64,000 bases of DNA from Xylographa opegraphella (lineage: Eukaryota): the NCBI GenBank assembly GCA_022813865.1, contig JALDZX010000070.1, positions 1 to 64,000 on the forward strand, given 5' to 3'. Each line of letters opens with the position of its first letter. Positions within the stretch are counted from its first letter, which is position 1. Below the pieces are notes generated by a model, which was not told the DNA's origin, did no database searches, and saw only the letters and a program-made list of their open reading frames with translations. Shown piece by piece: positions 58,501 through 64,000 of this stretch. Made by a program: the position numbers and the translations under genes.

Positions 58501-61500
58501 CATGGATGAATGGTCTGAAGGTTTTCCAAATCAAGGTCCACGGTAAGTATTCAGCCGAGGATTTTGATGACGACCTTCGCAATGTACTACGTCGTGCCGG
58601 CTGCAAAGGGGAGAAGATATGCTTTATTATGGACGAGTCGAATGTGCTCGATTCAGGATTTTTGGAACGTATGAACACGTTGTTGGCAAATGCTGAGGTT
58701 CCAGGACTGTTCGAAGGTGATGAATTTGCAACGTTAATGACTGCTTGTAAAGAAGGAGCCCAACGCCAAGGGTTGCTCCTTGATTCGCAAGAGGAGCTTT
58801 ACAAGTGGTTCACACAGCAAATCATCAAGAACTTGCACGTGGTGTTTACCATGAATCCGCCTGAATGTGGACTTTCCTCAAAGGCTGCAACGAGTCCAGC
58901 TCTATTCAATCGATGTGTACTTAACTGGTTCGGCGACTGGTCGGACCAAGCCTTGTTTCAAGTTGGTACCGAACTCACACAATCCGTGGATCTGGACAGG
59001 CCCAAATTCCTAGCTCCAGATAGCATTCCGATTGCTTACCGGGATCTCAATCTCCCTGCGAACCATCGCGATACTGTCGTCAATGCTATGGTCTATGTCC
59101 ACTATTCACTTCAACGTTTCAACCATCGTCTGCTAAAACAGCAGGGCAGAACAACATTCCTAACACCTCGACATTTCCTAGATTTCGTGGCACAATACGT
59201 ACGTTTATTCAATGAAAAGCGAGAAGATCTCGAAGAGCAGCAACGACATCTCAATGTCGGATTGGAAAAGTTAAGGGACACCGTGGATAAAGTACGAGAT
59301 CTTAGAGCCAGTCTGGCACAGAAAAAGAATCAACTGGAGAAGAAGGATGCAGAAGCAAACGAGAAGCTGCAACGAATGGTTGCAGACCAGCGTGAGGCAG
59401 AACAGCGTAAAGCCACCTCTTTGAAGATACAAGTCAGCCTTGAGAAGCAAGAAGAGGAGGTAGCGAGACGAAAAGAGGTTGTAAATGCCGATCTGGAGAA
59501 AGCAGAGCCTGCAGTACTGTCGGCTCAAGAAAGCGTAAGCAACATCAAGAAGCAACAACTAACTGAGGTTCGATCTATGGGCAATCCTCCGGCAGGTGTC
59601 AAACTGGCCTTAGAAGCCGTTTGTACGCTCCTGGGTCACAAGGTTGATAGCTGGAAGACGATCCAAGGAATCGTACGCCGCGACGACTTCATCGCCAGTA
59701 TTGTTGGCTATGACAACGAAAAGCAGATGACCCGAACTTCGCGAACCAAAATGCAGAACGATTTCCTGTCAAAGGAGGACTTTACGTACGAACGAGTAAA
59801 TCGAGCAAGCAAAGCTTGCGGACCGCTTGTTCAGTGGGTCGAAGCCCAGGTCAATTATTCCGCTATTCTAGATAGGATAGGCCCTTTGAGGGAAGAGGCA
59901 GAGCAACTCGAAGAGCAAGCACTACAGACCAAAGCTGAGGCTCAGGCCATTGAGAATACCATAATCGATTTGGAGCGGAGTATAGCAAGATACAAAACAG
60001 AATACGCAGCTCTCATCAGTGAGACTCAAGCAATCAAAACAGAAATGGATCGTGTCAAGTTTAAAGTGGATAGAAGTGTGAAGCTGCTCGATAGTCTAGC
60101 TTCAGAACGGTCAAGGTGGGAAGGTGGGAGCAGGTCTTTTGAGACACAGATCAGTACGATTGTGGGAGATGTTCTTGTCGCAGCAGCTTTCCTTGCATAC
60201 AGTGGTCTCTATGATCAACAGTTCCGAAAAGCCATGACGAGTGACTGGCTAGAGCACCTTGCAATGTCTGGTATTGCGTTCAAGCAACACAATGCAGTCA
60301 CCGAATTCCTGTCAACCGCAGATGAACGTGTGAAGTGGCAAGAAAATGCATTACCGGTGGACGACCTGTGTATCGAGAATGCAATTATCCTAAAGCGGTT
60401 CAATCGCTATCCGCTGATCATCGATCCTTCAGGACGAGCTACAGAGTTTCTTCAAAATGAAAGTAAGGATCGCCGCCTTACCGTCACGAGCTTCTTAGAC
60501 GACTCCTTCATCAAGCAACTCGAAAGCTCCTTGCGTTTTGGGAACCCTATTCTAATCCAGGACGCTGAACACATGGATCCAGTCCTCAATCATGTCCTCA
60601 ACAAGGAATACCAGAAAACTGGTGGCCGAGTCTTGATACAGCTGGGCAAGCAAGAAATCGACTTCTCGCCGGCATTTAAACTATATCTGTCTACACGCGA
60701 CCCGTCTGCAATGTTTCCGCCTGATGTTTGTAGTAGAACGACATTCGTCAACTTTACGGTCACTCAAAGCAGTCTCCAGACACAGTCCCTTAATGACGTA
60801 TTGAAGTCAGAGCGACCAGACATCGACGAGAGACGCTCCAACCTTGTGAAAATGCAAGGGCAATTCAATATTCATCTTCGAGGTCTCGAAAAGCGGCTAC
60901 TGCAGGCACTCAATGAATCTCGAGGTAATATCCTGGACGATGATGTTGTTATCGAAACCCTTGAGACACTCAAGAAGGAAGCCGGCGAGATATCACGCAA
61001 AATGTCAGAAACAGAAGGGGTCATGACCGAAGTTGATTCTATCACCTCACAGTATAGTACGATAGCCCGAGCTTGCAGTACGGTGTTCTCTATACTCGAA
61101 CAGCTTCACCACATTAACCATTTCTATCAATTCTCACTGCAGTACTTTGTGGATATCTTTGAGTCAGTCTTGCACGATAACCCACATTTGGCAAAAGAGT
61201 CGAGTCACGCCGCTCGGGCACATATCATCCTGAATGACCTGTTTGTGACCGCATACCAAAGGACCTCTCTAAGTCTCTTACAGCAGGATCGCATTACACT
61301 TGCAATGCTGTTGTGTCGCGCTGCCCCTTACAGTATTGACAAGAATGTTATTAGCATCATACTGGATCCGAATGTTGAGGGTCATGATATATCCACGGAA
61401 CGTGATGCCAAGGAGAATGGCATCGATGTAGCCTCGCAGGTGCCAGGACTGGTCGAACACATCTCCCGGATGACTTCTGAGGAATGGACCAGTATAATAT

Positions 61501-62751
61501 CCGAGGAATCTGCGGAACGTTTCGTTCCCAAACTGTGGGACGAGGACACCGGATTGCTAGACCGACAAGTCCGGTCACTTCTCTTCATCAAGCTGTTCAG
61601 AATCGACAGATTTGTACCGGCAGCGGAGATGTTCGTGACTGCTGTCTTTGGTGAGAACTTGTTGCAAGGGACAGGTGACTTGAAGCAGGTTGTGAACCAA
61701 GTATCATCAATCACGCCGATTGCTTTATGCTCCAGCCCGGGTTTCGATGCAAGCTACAAAGTGGACAATCTCGTTCAACGGCAGCATGCCAAATGCTCAA
61801 ACATTGCCATGGGGTCCAACGAGGGTATCGGAAGTGCAGACAAAGCTATCAGTAATGCGGCGGCCAACGGGACATGGGTGCTGGTGAAGAATGTGCATCT
61901 CACACCATCCTGGTTGCAGAGTCTTGAAAAGCGATTGAATGCTCTGAAACCTCACGACGACTTTAGGCTGTTCCTTTCCATGGAATCCAGTCCCAAGATA
62001 CCGGTCAATCTACTTCGAGCTTCGAGGATACTGATGTACGAACAGCCAGCGGGTATACGAGCAAATATGAAGGATTCGTTGTCCACACTGGCTACACGGC
62101 CGACAGAGCAGCCTGTGGAGAAGGCCAGACTCTACTTGTTGCTGTCCTTTTTGCATGCTGTCATTCAGGAGAGGCTTCGCTATGCCCCCACACTGGGTTG
62201 GAAGGGATTCTGGGAGTTCAACGATAGTGATGTGAGTCGAATCCCCCCCCCAAAACCTGTAGAGATTAGCTAAGAGATCGTAGTATGAATGTGCTGCATT
62301 CATAGTCGATACGTGGATGGATGCGGTGGCACAGGGTCGATCGAATGTCGCTCCCCTGAAGATGCCTTGGGATCTCATCCGAACGCTCGTGACCGAGACG
62401 TACGGCGGGAAGATCGACGACGACGAGGACTTCGGGCAACTCCGTCGTCTGGTCAACCGTTTTCTGACGCCGGAAGCATATGAGGATGACCACATGCTCG
62501 TGCCCGGGACGCAAGACGGAGGCGGGGACGCGATTATAGGAGGCTTATCGGTGCCGGGTGGAACAGGGATGAAAGGTTACCTGAAATGGGTCGACGAGTT
62601 GCCGGAACGAGAGCCACCGACATATCTCGGATTACCAGCGAACGCGGAGAAGTTGCTCCTGGTCGGTCATGGTAAGAACATGATTCAGAACCTGTCCAAA
62701 ATCACCGAGGTCCTCGACGAAGGAGAGCAGCTCATGGGTGAGGAGGCATAG
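49596..62751 (+). CDS. DYN1: Cytoplasmic dynein heavy chain
   Basis: >4300 codons with P-loops [24 protein letters not shown] and GVSGSGKT, plus CFDEFNRL and the stalk coiled coil. Intron at 62232-62284 and a probable in-frame intron at 49879-49926. Confidence 0.99.
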
Positions 62752-63438
62752 CAGGATGGAGCGGTTGGGTGGAAGAGTTGTGGATCGGGGGCGGTGCTTT
62801 TGCTGTTTGACCATCTGCAGCGTTCTGGCGAGCATTGGCGGCGTCGGCTGGGCACATCGAGCACACTGGGAAGGGCATTCATTGATCTGATCTTGATTCA
62901 AATTGTTCTGGTAGCTGGCGTTGAGCTGTCGACCGCTCGGGTTTGAGCGGATATACCCCACATGCATGTTGCCTGTTTCGAGATTGCTTCTCCACTTCTG
63001 TCGATAGCTTTTGTGTCTGTCGTGTACATAGTTGCCGATAACGATGGGCTTCGCTGGCTATCACGAGTGCCTCCGACTTATCTCGCTACTAGGATAGCTA
63101 TGCCCCTTTACTAATGCCCCGTGGCATGGAAATGTTGGTGTTTGCACAAACGGCACAGCGACGCAGTCTAATGCACACGCATCCCAACCCTCGCTCTGCC
63201 TCTATCTCTCTCTATCTCTCTCTCCTAGAAACCCTCACGCGCCTTGCTTCAGCCATCACCATCCATGGCCCCAAAACCCTTATCAGCCAAGCCCTCGCCC
63301 CTTATCGCTCCCGTCCTCTTCCCGCCAAGCACGACCCAGCATCCTATGCCTTAAGAACGTGCGCCCGCCCACCCCCACCCCTGCCCCACTCACCAAATGG
63401 ACCTTCTTTTTTCCTACCATTATTCTCTGCCGTGAGCG

Positions 63439-64000
63439 ATGGGCAGACACTCTTCCTTCCACCACCACCACCACCACCGTTCCTCCTCCACCGTGACACC
63501 CTCCGTGCAGACGCTGCGCCGCATCCGCGCCCTCAGCGACGACCACGAGCTTGACGGCGGCAAGGCGACGACGACATCGGCGGGCAAGAGCTGGGAGTGG
63601 GAACGCTGGGACTTCGTCGACGCGCAGGCGGGCGTGCTGGGTTCCGTGGGCGCGCGCATCGAGCTCGGGGCTGGGTTGGAGAGGATTGGGGGCTGGATAC
63701 CCGGGCTGAAGGGGACGGCGGGTGAGTGGAGCTCCTGCAGTGGTCGGGCTTGGAAATTGGGGTGCCGGGCGTAAAACGGGGGCAGGAAGGGCGATGGACT
63801 GCAGGTTTGGAAAGCGTCGAAGGCTGACTTCCCGTGCAGCTTTCCTCTCGACGCTGCGCCAGAACCTCACGCTCACGACCTCGCTCCTGCCGCCGGACTC
63901 GCCCGCCACCACGGCCTCGAGTATGTCGACCCCGCCGTCGCTGCACTCGTCCGCCACGCTGCCCCCGCCGTCTCCGCTGTCCGCATCGCCACTCACCCCG
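63439..64000 (+). CDS. Hypothetical protein with N-terminal His run, truncated by the window end
   Basis: MGRHSSFHHHHHHRSSS..., then a phase-1 intron GTGAGT...GCTGAC...CAG at 63722-63839 joining in frame to AFLSTLRQNLTLTTSLLPPDSP..., open to 64000. The true start may lie upstream. Confidence 0.55.

Noticed and set aside
62232..62316. Apparent premature stop in dynein at 62273
   Set aside because: The stop lies within a GT-AG intron (62232-62284). Splicing restores the frame, and a short C-terminus is normal for fungal dynein.
63283..63996. 237-aa minus-strand ORF
   Set aside because: It is better explained as the antisense shadow of the spliced + strand gene with a canonical intron at 63722-63839.

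Overview
Gene-dense eukaryotic DNA from a filamentous ascomycete (Pezizomycotina). It has short spliceosomal introns with CTRAC/CTAAY branch points and a dispersed 5S rRNA gene; the orphan secreted proteins weakly suggest a lichen-forming lineage (inference only). About 23 protein-coding genes can be built by hand. Recognisable ones: secreted GH25 muramidase, PQ-loop protein, S10 carboxypeptidase, U2A'/LEA1, ALG2, TBC Rab-GAP, TilS-like PP-loop enzyme, mitochondrial SAM carrier, WDR48/UAF1, amidohydrolase, SDR, HAL4/SAT4-type kinase, mitochondrial uL11, SVF1 and cytoplasmic dynein heavy chain. Several orphan secreted or membrane proteins are also present. Non-coding features are a normal-length 5S rRNA gene (2891-3009), a MITE-like inverted-repeat element (6673-7120) and several small repeats. 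The most unusual region is the LEA1-ALG2 spacer. Read on the minus strand it holds a hairpin-bearing repeat array, a TATA box, a 217-nt 5S-rRNA-like sequence with intact terminal helix and a ~100-nt insertion, a T7 run, a degenerate tRNA-Arg(TCT)-like sequence with a palindrome-rich insert, a second T run, and a 40-bp motif that recurs at 4439. All gene models and alignments were done by eye; no searches were run.
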